This document shows, one piece after another, positions 1 through 11,330 of a stretch of 64,000 nucleotides of DNA. Origin of the DNA: Felis catus (taxonomy: Eukaryota); contig NC_058369.1 of assembly GCF_018350175.1 (NCBI RefSeq), positions 39,556,001-39,620,000 of the forward strand, in the 5' to 3' direction. The notes beneath the pieces are model-generated. The model was given only the letters and a program-made list of their open reading frames with translations, was not told where the DNA came from and made no database searches. Both the position numbers and the translations under genes were made by a program. Numbering within the stretch: the stretch's first letter is position 1; the number at the start of each line of letters is the position of its first letter.

Positions 1-807
1 AAGACTCTCCAAGGCGAAGAACAACTTTCCGCCCTGCTCCAAGAGTGCTTGCCAAATTGACTTGAACATGATTCGGGCCCCTTTGCCCTCAAGGAGTCAG
101 GACCCTAAGATGGTTAGATAAAAGGCTTGGCGGGGCTGAAGCTCTGGCTGGGGGGTAGGGACTTGGTCAAAGAATGATGCTAGTAGTTGGGAGGTGCCGA
201 TAGGGGTGTGGAGGGAAGATAAGACAGGCCTGCAGCATCTACTGAGATACGTTTATATGCAAACACAAAGTGGATTATCAGGACTGCCCCATGGAAGGGA
301 AACATACGGAAGCCTGAGAGACCAGGGAAGCTTTCTGAGACTGAATGCCCAAGGAGCAGGAAGTCCTAGGATCATTCCAGGGAACAGAAGGGAGAGAATA
401 AAAGAGGGAGGGAACGTGTCAATGATAAGCTTGATCAGCACATGCTGTCCTTTGCAGGCAGGCACACCCTGGAGGGCCAGGAGGGACAGCATTATTTAGC
501 AAGGGTCAGCAACTCCCGCAACTCCCTGGCTTCCACCCCCCTGCCTTCTGAGGAAAGGAGGGAGAAAAGGAGGAAGAAGAGGGAGGCAGAGGGCCAAAGG
601 GGCCAGAGAAAGCCAAGGGGCATGCACACAAGCCATGGCCCAGTGCCCACAGCCTTGGCCTCTGGTGTCTGCATGGCTTCCTCCCAGGACTCCACCCCTG
701 GTATGCAGGTACTGAAAAAAAGGAGCATTAGGAAATCCCAGCTGGAGGAGTGGCCTCTGGGTAGGGAAACTGGGTAGCTGGGAGCCACAGCTTATGGAAA
801 GGAGACT

Positions 808-1180
808 GACTTTATTATTATTTACATAGAATAAAATGCACAAATCATTCTACAGCTCCATGAATTTTTATAGATACCTGCTATACTTTGTATCCACCAT
901 CCAGATCAAGATATAGAATATTTTCATCCTCCCACTGAGTAACTACCCTCTCCAAAGGTAGCCACTGTTCCAGCTTGTGTCACCAAAGATCAGTTTTGCT
1001 TGTTTGTGAATGTCATATATATATAGGTCATAAAGTATGTATTCGTGTGTCTGCTCAAAATTATTTTTGTGATATTCGTCTATATTGTTGCCTGTTATCA
1101 GTAGTTCCTTTTAATTTGCTTTCTTAAGTGTGTGGCATTCCATTGCAAATACACAGTAATTTAGTTATCCATAGGAGACG
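808..1180 (-). mobile_element. Old L1 (L1M-type) 3' fragment
   Basis: Antisense L1 3'UTR-like text (aataaaatgcacaaatc...accatccagatcaagatatagaatatttt...tgttgcctgttatcagtagttc). Confidence 0.7.
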
Positions 1181-1204
1181 AAATTTTTAGTGGTTTTTCT
1201 TTTT

Positions 1205-1442
1205 CTTTTTATTTTATTTTATTTTTTTTAATTTTTTTTCAACGTTTATTTATTTTTGGGACAGAGAGAGACAGAGCATGAACGGGGGAGGGGCAGAGAG
1301 AGAAGGAGACACAGAATCGGAAACAGGCTCCAGGCTCCGAGCCATCAGCCCAGAGCCTGACGCGGGGCTCGAACTCACGGACCGCGAGATCGTGACCTGG
1401 CTGAAGTCGGACGCTTAACCGACTGCGCCACCCAGGCGCCCC
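1205..1442 (-). mobile_element. CAN-SINE, young felid SINEC_Fc
   Basis: tRNA-derived head, CT-rich segment and A-tail; CpGs intact; TSD GTGGTTTTTCTTTTT at 1190-1204 and 1443-1457. Confidence 0.95.
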
Positions 1443-2029
1443 GTGGTTTTTCTTTTTAATTGTTGACCTGTTTTACCCTTTCAAAAAACAAAAAAGTTTT
1501 TAAAAGCTGTTTTGAAGGAAAAAGAAGTTCCAGAATAGAGAACTCATTTCTAGGAAAATATCAGACCCACACATCACCATGTGGTTATAACTGTAGAGAC
1601 TAATTTGGTTTCCTTGTTGGGGGTAAATATCTTTTGAAAGCCTCCTTATAGGTACAGAAGCCAGACAAGCATACTTCTGGAGCAGTGTACTATAGAACAC
1701 TTGTCTCCAGGCAGAGCATCAGATTATCATTCTAGAGTGGTTTTTGTTGCACCTGAGCTATTTGGGGAACAAATCTTCCTCCATGGTGTTGCCTTGAACC
1801 ATCGTTGGGTACAGGGATGAGTGGGATTTGACAGACAGCCCCTCCTCTGCTCCTCTGTTCCCTATTTTGAACTTCCATTTCAAGTTTCATCTGAAGGAAG
1901 GGTTCTTTTGATTTAAAAATTATTTGAAATCCATGGTTTTTTAGAATAGATGCTAGGTAGAAGCACTCCCCAAGAAGTGTCCGATGTAAATGATTACACA
2001 GATACATAGAATAGATTAAAAGACCATAT

Positions 2030-2470
2030 TCTTTCTCCCTTCCCATCATTCACTCTACTCAAGTCACATTGGCTTCTTTGCTTTTCCTGGAGCACTCGTG
2101 CTCCCACCTCAGGGCCTTTGCACCTGCTCTTCTGTCTGCCTGGAATGTTCTACCCCTAGATAATCACATTCTTAGCTGCCTGGCTTCCTTCAGGTCTTTG
2201 TTCAAAAGTGACATTCTCAGTGAGGTTTTTCCTGAGCACCCATTGAAACATATCACACACCACCGCATAACCTGATACCTTAACTATTTTACTTTTTTCT
2301 CCTTAGCACTTAACCATCATCTATGTACCATGGAGTTTACTTATCTTGTTTAGCAGCTCATTGCCCAGTAGACTATAAATTCTGTAACCACAAGGATTTT
2401 CTCTGTTTACATTTTTTCCTTCCCAATGTTATATATAAGTGCCCTGAGAAGTGCCCGATAAGCATGCACT
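2030..2470 (+). mobile_element. L2 3' fragment
   Basis: Typical L2 text: cctcagggcctttgcacctgct...ctgcctggaatgttct...tagactataaattctg. Confidence 0.75.
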
Positions 2471-2499
2471 GAAGAGAATTTTGTTTTCCTTTAACAGTA

Positions 2500-2960
2500 A
2501 TTTATAGAGTAGCAACTAGGTGCCATACCCCATGCCAGGGACTGGAAGATCAGATGGCCGTCATAGACTTCATTCCTAATCTTTTGGAGTTTACATTCTA
2601 GTTGAGAAGGCAGACTTTATACAAGTAATTAATTATGATTGTGGCAGTTGCTACAAAGACAAACCATAGGATGCATGGCAAGAGGGTACTAGGGGAGGAG
2701 GGGAGTTGATACAGCTGGGGGGGGAGGGGGGGCACGGCCCTGAAAAAGTAAAGATCACCCAGAAGAAGAAAAGAGCAGTCAGGGATATGTTACTTTGCAG
2801 GAGATGAAGACAAGCAGCTGTGGGCAGAGCCCTGCAGGAGAGGAGAGATGAGGCTGGAGAGGGAGAGCCCGCCTAGATCCCCTATATGGCAGGGCAGGCT
2901 CAGCTGGGATTGGTGTCTGTGTCCTGAATGCCATGGAAGCCACTGATGAGTTTACCAAGA
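2500..2960 (-). mobile_element. L2 fragment
   Basis: Antisense L2-like text (ggagtttacattctagttgagaaggcagac...atggaagccactgatgagttt). Confidence 0.55.
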
Positions 2961-2969
2961 CTATTGGTT

Positions 2970-3120
2970 GGGGCACCTGGGTGGCTCACATCGGTTGAGC
3001 GTCTGCCTCTTGATTTCAGCTCAAGTCTTGGCCGCAGGGTTAGGAGTTCAAGCTCTGCGCCAGGCTCCACGCTGGGTGTGAAGCCTACTTAACCAAAAAC
3101 AAAAAAAAAAAAGGAAAAAG
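2970..3120 (+). mobile_element. Short CAN-SINE (older, without CT tract)
   Basis: ggggcacctgggtggctca...gttcaagctc...cctacttaa followed by an A-tail. Confidence 0.85.
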
Positions 3121-3402
3121 AAGAATATTTGCCTGTCTGTTTGTGGTCTGCCTTCACAAACGAGATGCGGGTGAAAGCAGACCCCTTGGAGGCAGGAGGG
3201 AGTGAAGGAACTTTAGATTGGCCTGATAGTTGGAGCAGGAGGGCAGCTCCAGCAGGCTTCCTTTCTTTTGCTCAAGAAAGAAGCGAAAATTATTAGTGCC
3301 CACCAAAGAAGGGTCTGGAGTTTTATCAACTTTGCCTCCTCCTGCCTTTAAATTTGTAAGTATTTTTCCTAAACAGAAATCCTGAATACTCTGTGCTATT
3401 TC

Positions 3403-3617
3403 TAAAATTTTTTTTAATGTTTATTTATTTTTGAGACAGAGAGAGACAGAGCATGAATGGGGGAGGGGCAGAGAGAGAGGGAGACACAGAATCTGAAACA
3501 GGCTCCGGGCTCTGAGCTGTCAGCACAGAGCCTGACACAGGGCTTGACTCACAGACCGCAAGATCATGACCTGAGCCAAAGTCAGATGCTTAACTGACTG
3601 AGCCACTCGGGAGCCCC
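3403..3617 (-). mobile_element. CAN-SINE (SINEC_Fc-like)
   Basis: Full SINE body; TSD ACTCTGTGCTATTTC at 3388-3402 and 3618-3632. Confidence 0.93.
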
Positions 3618-3971
3618 ACTCTGTGCTATTTCCAAACAGAAAACCTAAATACTCTTTGAACCTTAGAAATACCCAGGAAAGCTATTATACACAAATGAGA
3701 GAAAAAAGTCTTTCTCCAAATACCTCATGGTTTATCCCACCCCACCCATGTTATACCTTCTTATGGTCTGAGCCCCAAACCGTGATTTGGGGTGAGGTTT
3801 TCACCAGTCTCCAGTGAGATGAAATGAGAAAACTAAGAGTACATACATTTGTAGGAACAGTCTCCTACAGCCAAGTAGATTACCAACAACTGATTCTTGG
3901 GAAAGAGTATTTTTTATTCTGAGATTATGTCCTGCTGACTTTTTTCTTTTCTTGGAAGTTTGGATAATTTA

Positions 3972-4197
3972 TTTTTTTTTTAAAAATTTTTTTTAACGTT
4001 TATTTATTTTTGAGACAGAGAGAGACAGAGCATGAACTGGGGAGGGTCACAGAGAGAGGGAGACACAGAATCTGAAACAGGCTCCAGGCTCTGAGCTGTC
4101 AGCACAGAGCCCGACACGGGGCTCGAGCCCACAGACCGTGAGATCATGACCTGAGCCGAAGTCGGGCGCTTAACCAACCGAGCCACCCAGGCGCCCC
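3972..4197 (-). mobile_element. CAN-SINE (SINEC_Fc-like)
   Basis: Full SINE body; 18-bp TSD GGAAGTTTGGATAATTTA at 3954-3971 and 4198-4215. Confidence 0.95.
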
Positions 4198-4547
4198 GGA
4201 AGTTTGGATAATTTAATACCCCCTCCCTTTTTTTTTTTTTTTTTTTCAGATTTCTAGGTTTTTTAACGTTTTGGCCTTGAAGATATTAGGGCTTATGGTT
4301 GAGTAAGAGCATCAGATTCACACACTAGATCAGTGTAAAAAAGAATTTTATATTCATATCTCAAGTTAAAGACCTGATACTCTTACAGAAATAGTGCCAG
4401 ACCCTTTTAGATACTCTTTTTCTGCCTCATCATTCTTGATGTAATAAATAAATGCCTTCTAAATAAAAGCAAGAGTAGACATTAGTTATCTTTCTTAAAA
4501 TGTTCTCGACTAGCCACATCACAACGTGACAATTCTATATTGACTTC

Positions 4548-4657
4548 TTTTTTTTTGTTTTTTTAAGCAATCTCTACACCCAACGTGGGGCTCAAACTTC
4601 TGACACTGACATCAGGAACCCCATGCTCTCTACTCATAGAGCCAGCCAGACAACCCC
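4548..4657 (-). mobile_element. Short CAN-SINE
   Basis: T-tail, then ctctacacccaacgtggggctcaaact...gagccagccag; degenerate TSD at(a/g)ttgactt. Confidence 0.8.
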
Positions 4658-5427
4658 ATGTTGACTTTCTAACTTTCTCTCCTCACTGATTTTATTCTTG
4701 ACATTTTAAGCAGAGCAAAATCTAAATGATTTTAATGAAACTTTAATGAAATTTTTATTGAGGAGAAGAGGAAGGAGAAAACAGTATGATCTGGTGACTA
4801 GAAAAGCCACCCAAGCAGGACAGAAACTAGGAAGGTTAAGATTTCCACCCTAATTGCTAAGATTTAATGCCCTACTTTGCACTGAATGTTCCTTCAGTGG
4901 TTTAAGAGAGAACACTGCTTCTCGAAGCAAACTAACTACGTGGAGTGTTTTAGGAACTGGGGAGAACCTAATTCATTTCAAAGACTCAGGCTTGTGCTGG
5001 TATCACTGGGGACATCGGCAGAGCAATACTCAGGATAGGATTAACATCTAAAGAAACAGCCCTGGAGGCAGAGAGAGGTGGAGCTTCCCTGACCACCTGT
5101 GTTTGAACCTTAACCAGATTTTGCAACCAGCCTGTGCACGTGCTTATCAGAGCTATGAAGTTTTATTGATCTGCTTCTGGCACAGTAGGAAATATCACCA
5201 GTCAAAATTGTCCCAGGTTATACCTCATGCCATTTACAAAAATTAATTCCAAATAGATCATAGGCCTGAGCATAAAACCTATAACTATAAAACTTACAGA
5301 AGAAAATACAGGAGAAAACCTCTGTGCCCCTGGATAGAAAAAGATTTCTTAGGCATGATACAAAAAATATGACCCATAGAAGAAAAAGCCAATAGTTTGG
5401 ACTTAGTCAAAATTAAAAACTGCCCTT

Positions 5428-5621
5428 GGGGTGCCTGGGTGGTTCAGTCGGTTGAGCATCTTCCTCTGATTTCAGTTCCAGTCATGATCCCAGGGTTGTG
5501 GGATCAAGCCTCCCACTGGGCTCTGAGCCGAGCATGGAGCCTGCTCTCTTTCTCTCTCCCTCTGCCCCTCCCCCATGCGCATGCTCCCTCTCTCCCTCTC
5601 TCTCTGTCTCTCAAAAGAAAA
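5428..5621 (+). mobile_element. CAN-SINE inside L1
   Basis: SINE head, CT tract and A-tail; TSD aaaaactgc(c/t)ctt. Confidence 0.9.
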
Positions 5622-6370
5622 AAAAAACTGCTCTTAGAAAGCACTGCGAAGAAAATGAAGACAGGTCAAAGACTGGGAGAATATATTTGCAAATCACCTA
5701 TCTGACAAAGGCATCATATACAAAATATATGTAGAATTTTTACTATACACAAAAAGACAAGCAACCTAATGAAAACACAAGCAAAAGATTTGAATGGACA
5801 TTTTGCAGAAAAGGATACATGAATGGCTAATAAACACATGAAAAGACACTGAAAATCATTATTCATTTGGAAGATGCAAATGAAAACCACAATTAGGTAC
5901 CACTGCACATTAGAATGGCTTAAAAAAAAAAATCCTAACAATCCCAAGTGCTGGGGAGGAAGTGCAGGGACCCTCACACAATGCCAGTGGGAGTGCAATA
6001 TGGTACAGTTCCTCTGGGAAAATGGTCTGGCAGTTTCTTATAAAGTTAAACATACACTTACCATATGAGCCAACAATCCCACTTCTAGAAAGTTACTAAA
6101 AGAAATAAAGACATATGTTCACACATAAACCTGTACTCAGATATTTATAGCAGCTTTATTCATCTCACCAAAATCTGGAAGCAGCCCCAATGCCCTTGAG
6201 CTGGCGAATGAGAAACGAAGAGTGGGTCCATCCCTACCATGGAGTACTACTCAGCAAGAAAAAAGGAACCAACTACTGACATATGCAACACAGACGAATC
6301 TCAAATACATTATCACAAGTGACAGAAGCCGGTCTCAAAAAGAGACAGACAGGCTCATGTTGTGTGATTC

Positions 6371-6476
6371 TTTTTTTTTTTCATTTTTTTTTTTTTTTTT
6401 TTTGAAACAGCACAAGGAGGCAAAAGGGGCACAGGGAGAAAGAGAGAATGTCAAACAGGCTCCACGTTCAGCATAG
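6371..6476 (-). mobile_element. 3' fragment of a CAN-SINE inside L1
   Basis: Long T-tail then gggagaaagagagaat...caggctccacgttcagcatag; head is missing. Confidence 0.7.
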
Positions 6477-6799
6477 GGTTGGGGAACAGATCAGTGGTTG
6501 CCAGGGTTTGGGTTCGAGAGAGGGTTTGACCACAGAGAAGAGCAGCAAGCAAGAGGGGTTTTGGAGAGGAGATGGGAGTAATTTACATCTCGGTTGTGGA
6601 GGTAGTTACTGGACCAAATGCACTTGTCCAAATGTGGACCTATACACCAAAAAGAGTTTTATTACCCATAAATTACACTTCAGTAAATCCGACTTTGGAT
6701 GCTTCTGCCATGTTAGCATGGAAAATTCCTCATGCCTCTACCTCCCATCCTGCCTGCCCCATGATAGTATTAATTACATGAGCTAGCATTCTGTAGTTT

Positions 6800-8355
6800 A
6801 ACTGTGTGCCTAGCACGGGGGGCAATCCTGCGCTTTCCTGAGTGCTCTTCTCTTCAGTAATTCACCCAGTTCCTCAGGCCATGATTTGTGGAATCATCCT
6901 GACTCCACTCTTTCCCTTATGCCCTACATCCAGCCCATCGGCAAATCTTTTGCACTCGGCCTTCACTGCACATCCTGCATCTGACCACTTCTCATTATGT
7001 TTATTGCTATCACTCCAGTCCAAGCTAGGATCACCTTTCGGCCACCTAAATGGCCTCTCTAACCTCTCCTCCTGCTCCTCGCACCTGTCTGTATATACTA
7101 GTTCACGCTATGGTTTCGACTCCCCAGTCTTTGTGATTTATCTCTGAAAGGTTGATTCTCCCAGAAGTGACATGTCCGCTGCAGGCCAGCTGTAGCTCTG
7201 CCCCGTGTCTCCTCCCTCTAGAACCCAGGCTGATGGAGCAGTGTCCAGCTTGAGCCCTGCTGGTCACAGAGATGGTGGGTGGGGTGGGGCGGGGAGGATT
7301 TATAGACAGACTTGCAGTGGCAACTAATTAACAACGTGGCCTGTAAGTGATACTTCTGACTTTCACTCATTGGTCATAGCTCATGGCCCCACTCAGTGAC
7401 AGGAAGTGCAGCCCACCATGTGTCTAGGAGGTGGAAAGCAGGAAGTGTGTGTTCATCAGCTTTGTGATGACCATGATTCTTTCAAGTCTCTTCTCCAAAC
7501 AGTAGTCAGAGAGATGTGCATGACCAAGGCAGTCTCCTGCTCAGAATCCTCTGATAACTTCTCATGACACTTAAATGAAAAATCACAATCTTGGGGTGCC
7601 TGGGGAGCTTGGTCAGTTAAGCATCCAGGTTCGGCCCAGGTCATGATCCCTTGGTTTGTGGGTTCAAGCCCTGCATCAGGCTCTGTCCTGACAGCTCAGA
7701 GCCTGGAGCCTGCTTCATATTCTGTGTCTCCCCCTCTCTCTGCCCATCTCCTGCTTGTGCTCTCTGTCTCTCTCAAANNNNNNNNNNNNNNNNNNNNNNN
7801 NNNNNNNNNNNNNNNNNNNNNNNNNNNNNNNNNNNNNNNNNNNNNNNNNNNNNNNNNNNNNNNNNNNNNNNNNNNNNNNNNNNNNNNNNNNNNNNNNNNN
7901 NNNNNNNNNNNNNNNNNNNNNNNGCCTTCAAGGCTTACTGACTTCATCTACTTCCAATTCAGCTCTAGGCACACTGGCCTCTTGTGGTTTCCTGCCAAGC
8001 CCCAAACTTAGGGCCTCTCTAACTGTTCTCCCCCAGATATTGCCATGGCTCCATCTTTCTCACTGTCCAGGTGTCTGCTAAATGCCCCGACTTCAGAGAG
8101 GATCTCCTGGCTGCAATATCATACATGGCATAACCCCCAGTCAGTGCTTATCCTGCTTTTTCTTTCCATCCTTTTTATGCCCTGGCATTATCTGATGTAG
8201 TATTTGTTTTTGCCTGACTCTTGCACTAGAATTCAATGTCTAACAGGGCAGTGACTTTGCTTTGTCCCAATTCTGTATCCCCTGTGCCTAGAACAGTGTA
8301 GAAAATGTTCCTCCACATAGTAGAAACTTAAAAATTATTTGTGGAACGAATGAAG
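6800..8355 (+). mobile_element. Fragmented L2, interrupted by an LTR-like segment (~7140-7450), a SINE and a gap
   Basis: L2 motifs: atcatccttgactcc...catccagcccatcggcaaatc; the 3' end reads tgcctagaacagtg...atttgtggaacgaatgaa. Confidence 0.65.
7593..7777 (+). mobile_element. CAN-SINE (tail lost in assembly gap)
   Basis: SINE head and CT tract run into the N-gap at 7778-7923. Confidence 0.9.
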
Positions 8356-8362
8356 CACTTTC

Positions 8363-8559
8363 ATTTTTTATTATTTTTAAAAATATTTAGTTATTATGGG
8401 GAGAGTGCAAGCTGGGGAGCAGCAAAGAGAGGACAGAGGATTTGAAGCGGGCTGCACACTGACAGCAGCGAGTTGGATGTGGGGCTCGAACTCACAAACC
8501 ACAAGATCAAGACCAGAGCTAAAGTTGGACACTCAACCAACTGAGCCACCCAGGTGCCC
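8363..8559 (-). mobile_element. CAN-SINE (older copy)
   Basis: Diverged SINE; TSD GAATGAAGCACTTTC at 8348-8362 and 8561-8575. Confidence 0.88.
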
Positions 8560-8574
8560 TGAATGAAGCACTTT

Positions 8575-8794
8575 CTTTTTTTTTTTTTTTTTTTTTACGT
8601 TTATTTGAGAGAGAGAGAGAGAGAGAGCACAAGTTGGGGAGGGGCAGAGAGCAAGGGAGACACAGAATCCGAAGCAGGCTCCAGGCTCTGAGCTGTCAGC
8701 ACAGAGCCTGACGCGGGGCTCGAACCCACAAACCGCAAGATCCTGACCTGAGCTGACGTCAGACACTTAACCGACTGAGCCACCCCGGCGCCCC
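8575..8794 (-). mobile_element. CAN-SINE (SINEC_Fc-like)
   Basis: Full SINE; TSD CTGAATGAAGCACTTT at 8559-8574 and 8795-8810. Confidence 0.93.
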
Positions 8795-8810
8795 CTGAAT
8801 GAAGCACTTT

Positions 8811-8990
8811 TATATTCGTTACCCTCAATGAAACCCCAAATGACCCAGTGAGGTAAGAACTTTTCTAGCCCTATTTGACAGATGAAAAATCTGAGTCAGG
8901 GAAGTGATTTGCCTGGAGCCAGGGACAGAGTTCGAATTCAAAGTCAGCATCTGACTTTCCAACTCCACCTCTTACATTTCTCTTTCTGCC
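8811..8990 (-). mobile_element. MIR
   Basis: Degenerate MIR core: cccagtgaggtaag...ttgacagatgaaaaatctgagtcagg. Confidence 0.65.
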
Positions 8991-9739
8991 GTGCTGCTTA
9001 TGAAGCGTTGCGTTCACTGAAAAAGAACCAGCCGGTTTTAGAGGGTGCCTGAGGAGGACGGGCTGACGTGGAAGCTCAAGTGGTCCTCTCTGACAGGAGA
9101 TCCCAGGGTCCTCTTCACAAACAGAGAGGTTTTTGGCCCTGGCACACCTAGTTTATGGGCCCACGTTACTGTGAGTTCTTGCCACATCAGACAAGACACG
9201 CGTGCCAGAACCCAGGGCATGAATGATATGCTTTGGTATGGCTCCATTTGGGGCCTTAAGAAAATGCACAGTGAGGGTTCTCTATGATGGTGTGATTTCC
9301 GTCATTGATTCAACATTATCTATTGGCGCTTTGGATGCAGAAACTGTTTCCCTAGAAGGTTCTGCTTGATACTTCCTACCTTTAGAGTCCGAATCACAGA
9401 ATTTTGAGGGTGGAAAGGAGAGAATCAATGCATCTGCTTGTGTCCTTTTACTTCAAGGGCAAGAACCCCAGGGGGCGTGGAGATTACAGAGGGCTTTCAC
9501 ACACATGGTCGCCCTTGATCCTCACTGAACCCCTCGTAAGAGCTACCATTGTCCTCCTCTTTAGAACAGAGGTGTCCATGCTGAGGCTCAGGCAGGCTTT
9601 TTCTGATGGCAGGTTCTCTCTATTACACAGCAAACAGAATCCAGAGAACCTGGGATAAATATCCTGGGATTCATTAAGAACTGCATTAAGAAAGAGGCTC
9701 CCCCACAGGAACAACAAATGTTGTGGTCGGTTTATGCAT

Positions 9740-10127
9740 CGTCATGGACTGGACTGTGTCCCCCCCCTCCCCCCCGCAGATTCATATAGAAAGCCCTACC
9801 CCCCAGCAGCTCAGGATATGACTGTATTTGGAGATAGGGCTTTCTAAAATTATGATAAAGTTACAGTGAAGCCCTTACAGTGGGACCTAATCCAATGTGA
9901 CTGGTTTCCTTATAAGAGGGGAGGAGACACGAGGCACGTGTGCACACAGAGGAAAGGCCATGTGAGGACACAGTGACAAGGAGGCCATCTGCAAGTCAAA
10001 GAGAGTCCCCCACTGACACCTTCATCGCTGACTTCCAGCCTCCACAATGAGAGACAACAAACGTCTGTTGTTTAAGTCACCCAGTGTGTTGTATTTTGTT
10101 ACAGCAGCCCCAGAACACTGATAATAC
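9740..10127 (+). mobile_element. MaLR solo LTR (MLT1A/B-like)
   Basis: gactgtatttggagatagggc...cctaatccaatgtgactggt...ggccatgtgaggacacag...gacttccagcctcca...gtattttgttacagcagccc. Confidence 0.85.
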
Positions 10128-10174
10128 CCGGTTCATGAGTTTGTGGGTGGCTACAGAGTGGCCACCCGTGGCAT

Positions 10175-10510
10175 AGCAATAGCCAGCCTACATGGAGTGT
10201 TTACTCAGGTGCTAAAAACTTTAGGTGTGTTAATGAAATGAATGCTAACAATAGCCCCGTGAGGTAGATTCTATGATGGTGCCCCTTTTAAAATCAGGAA
10301 AGTCAGACAAAGAAAAGTCACCTGCTCTGAGCTGCCTGTTTGTAAAGTGGCAGGGCGAGGATTTGAATCCTGGCGGCCTGGGCTCCCAGGCCCTTGTTCT
10401 GAAGGATCTAGCTGAGTTCGTTATCATCACCCCCATCTTCCAGATGAGCAAACTGAGACTCACACACTTGTCCAACATCCCAGAGCCAGGGTGTGGTGGA
10501 ACCAGAATTC
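10175..10510 (-). mobile_element. Two MIR fragments
   Basis: MIR-like cores: gtgaggtagattctatgatggtgccccttttaaaatcaggaaag; cccatcttccagatgagcaaactgagactca. Confidence 0.65.
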
Positions 10511-11270
10511 TAAATTCTTTGATTTTGTCGCAAACGAATGGCTGGAACTCAAGGATCCTGAAAGTCATTCACTGGAGGAAGGGAAGGGACTCACCCGAAA
10601 GAGTAGGAGCAAAAATCTGTGTGTACACAAAATGAATTTGTGGGGGGAGAGGAATGTGACAGAGAAGTTTGGGCTCACTGAAGGGTGAGCGGCCATACAG
10701 CTAGGTAGACAGCTGGCAGGATTCATTCAGGTGTCCTTGACTCTCAAGTCCACTCTCCTCTATCATTTTTAGCTTTGACAGGTATTTACAAGGCATCTAC
10801 TATGGGTCTGATATCAGAGGCTGACCACACGGGGATAAAGGATATGGCAGGCCTTGGCCTTTGGAACCCACAGTCTGGATGAAATGGGTACACACACAGA
10901 TCATTTCCAGGGTGGCGAGGGCCATGGGGGCCAGGGGATCATAACTGTCCATGTTCTTTTGTGTCCTGGTATCTTCTTCCTTTCCCAAGCAGTTGATTGG
11001 GCCTGTGCTCTCTGTCTTAAGGTAAGAAATCTGACAGAGTAGAAAAAAAAAAAGGCCTTAGTCTCTGCCTCTCGTGTCCATAATTCTAACCTCTCAAAGG
11101 TCCCCCCGGGGCAATCCAGGGCCGGTAAGGGATAAATGTTCCAAAGAAGGAAGGAGAGGAGAGTGCTTTTTCAAGACAAGAAAACTCTTCAAAGGTGCTG
11201 AGGGAGGGAGAAAAGACAATAAGTACATTCGAGAGAGCTGAGGGCCAGAGAGCAGGAGGGTATGTCCATA

Positions 11271-11330
11271 AAGGGGGCCCTGGGAAGGGGCCCTGGGAAG
11301 GGGGCCTGGGAAGGGGGCCTGGGAAGGGTG
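11271..11330 (+). repeat. 13-bp G-rich tandem repeat (GGGGCCCTGGGAA, ~4.5 copies)
   Basis: Seen directly: gggggccctgggaa ggggccctgggaa gggggcctgggaa gggggcctgggaa gggtgg. Confidence 0.9.

Larger units (their letters stand above)
5210..6700 (+). mobile_element. Old L1 (L1M-type) ORF2 end and 3'UTR, interrupted by two SINEs
   Basis: ORF2 C-terminal-like remnants (MQMKTTIRYHCT...PKCWGG...; gactgggagaatatatttgcaaatcacctatctgacaaagg) followed by L1 3'UTR (aacagatcagtggttgccaggg...aaattacacttcagtaaa). Confidence 0.85.

Noticed and set aside
1380-1442. tRNA-like A/B-box sequences in SINE heads
   Set aside because: They are tRNA-derived SINE promoters followed by SINE body, A-tail and TSD, not tRNA genes.
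4004-4186. Recurrent ORFs of the type 'PTSAQVMIS...GSVLTAQSLEP' (also 23602, 26439, 36199, 43881, 61311 and others)
   Set aside because: These are translations of CAN-SINE bodies, not a gene family.
10970-11030. Possible micro-exon (ttcccaagcag ... ttaag/GTAAGA)
   Set aside because: Splice-like signals are common by chance; no partner exons or recognisable peptide.
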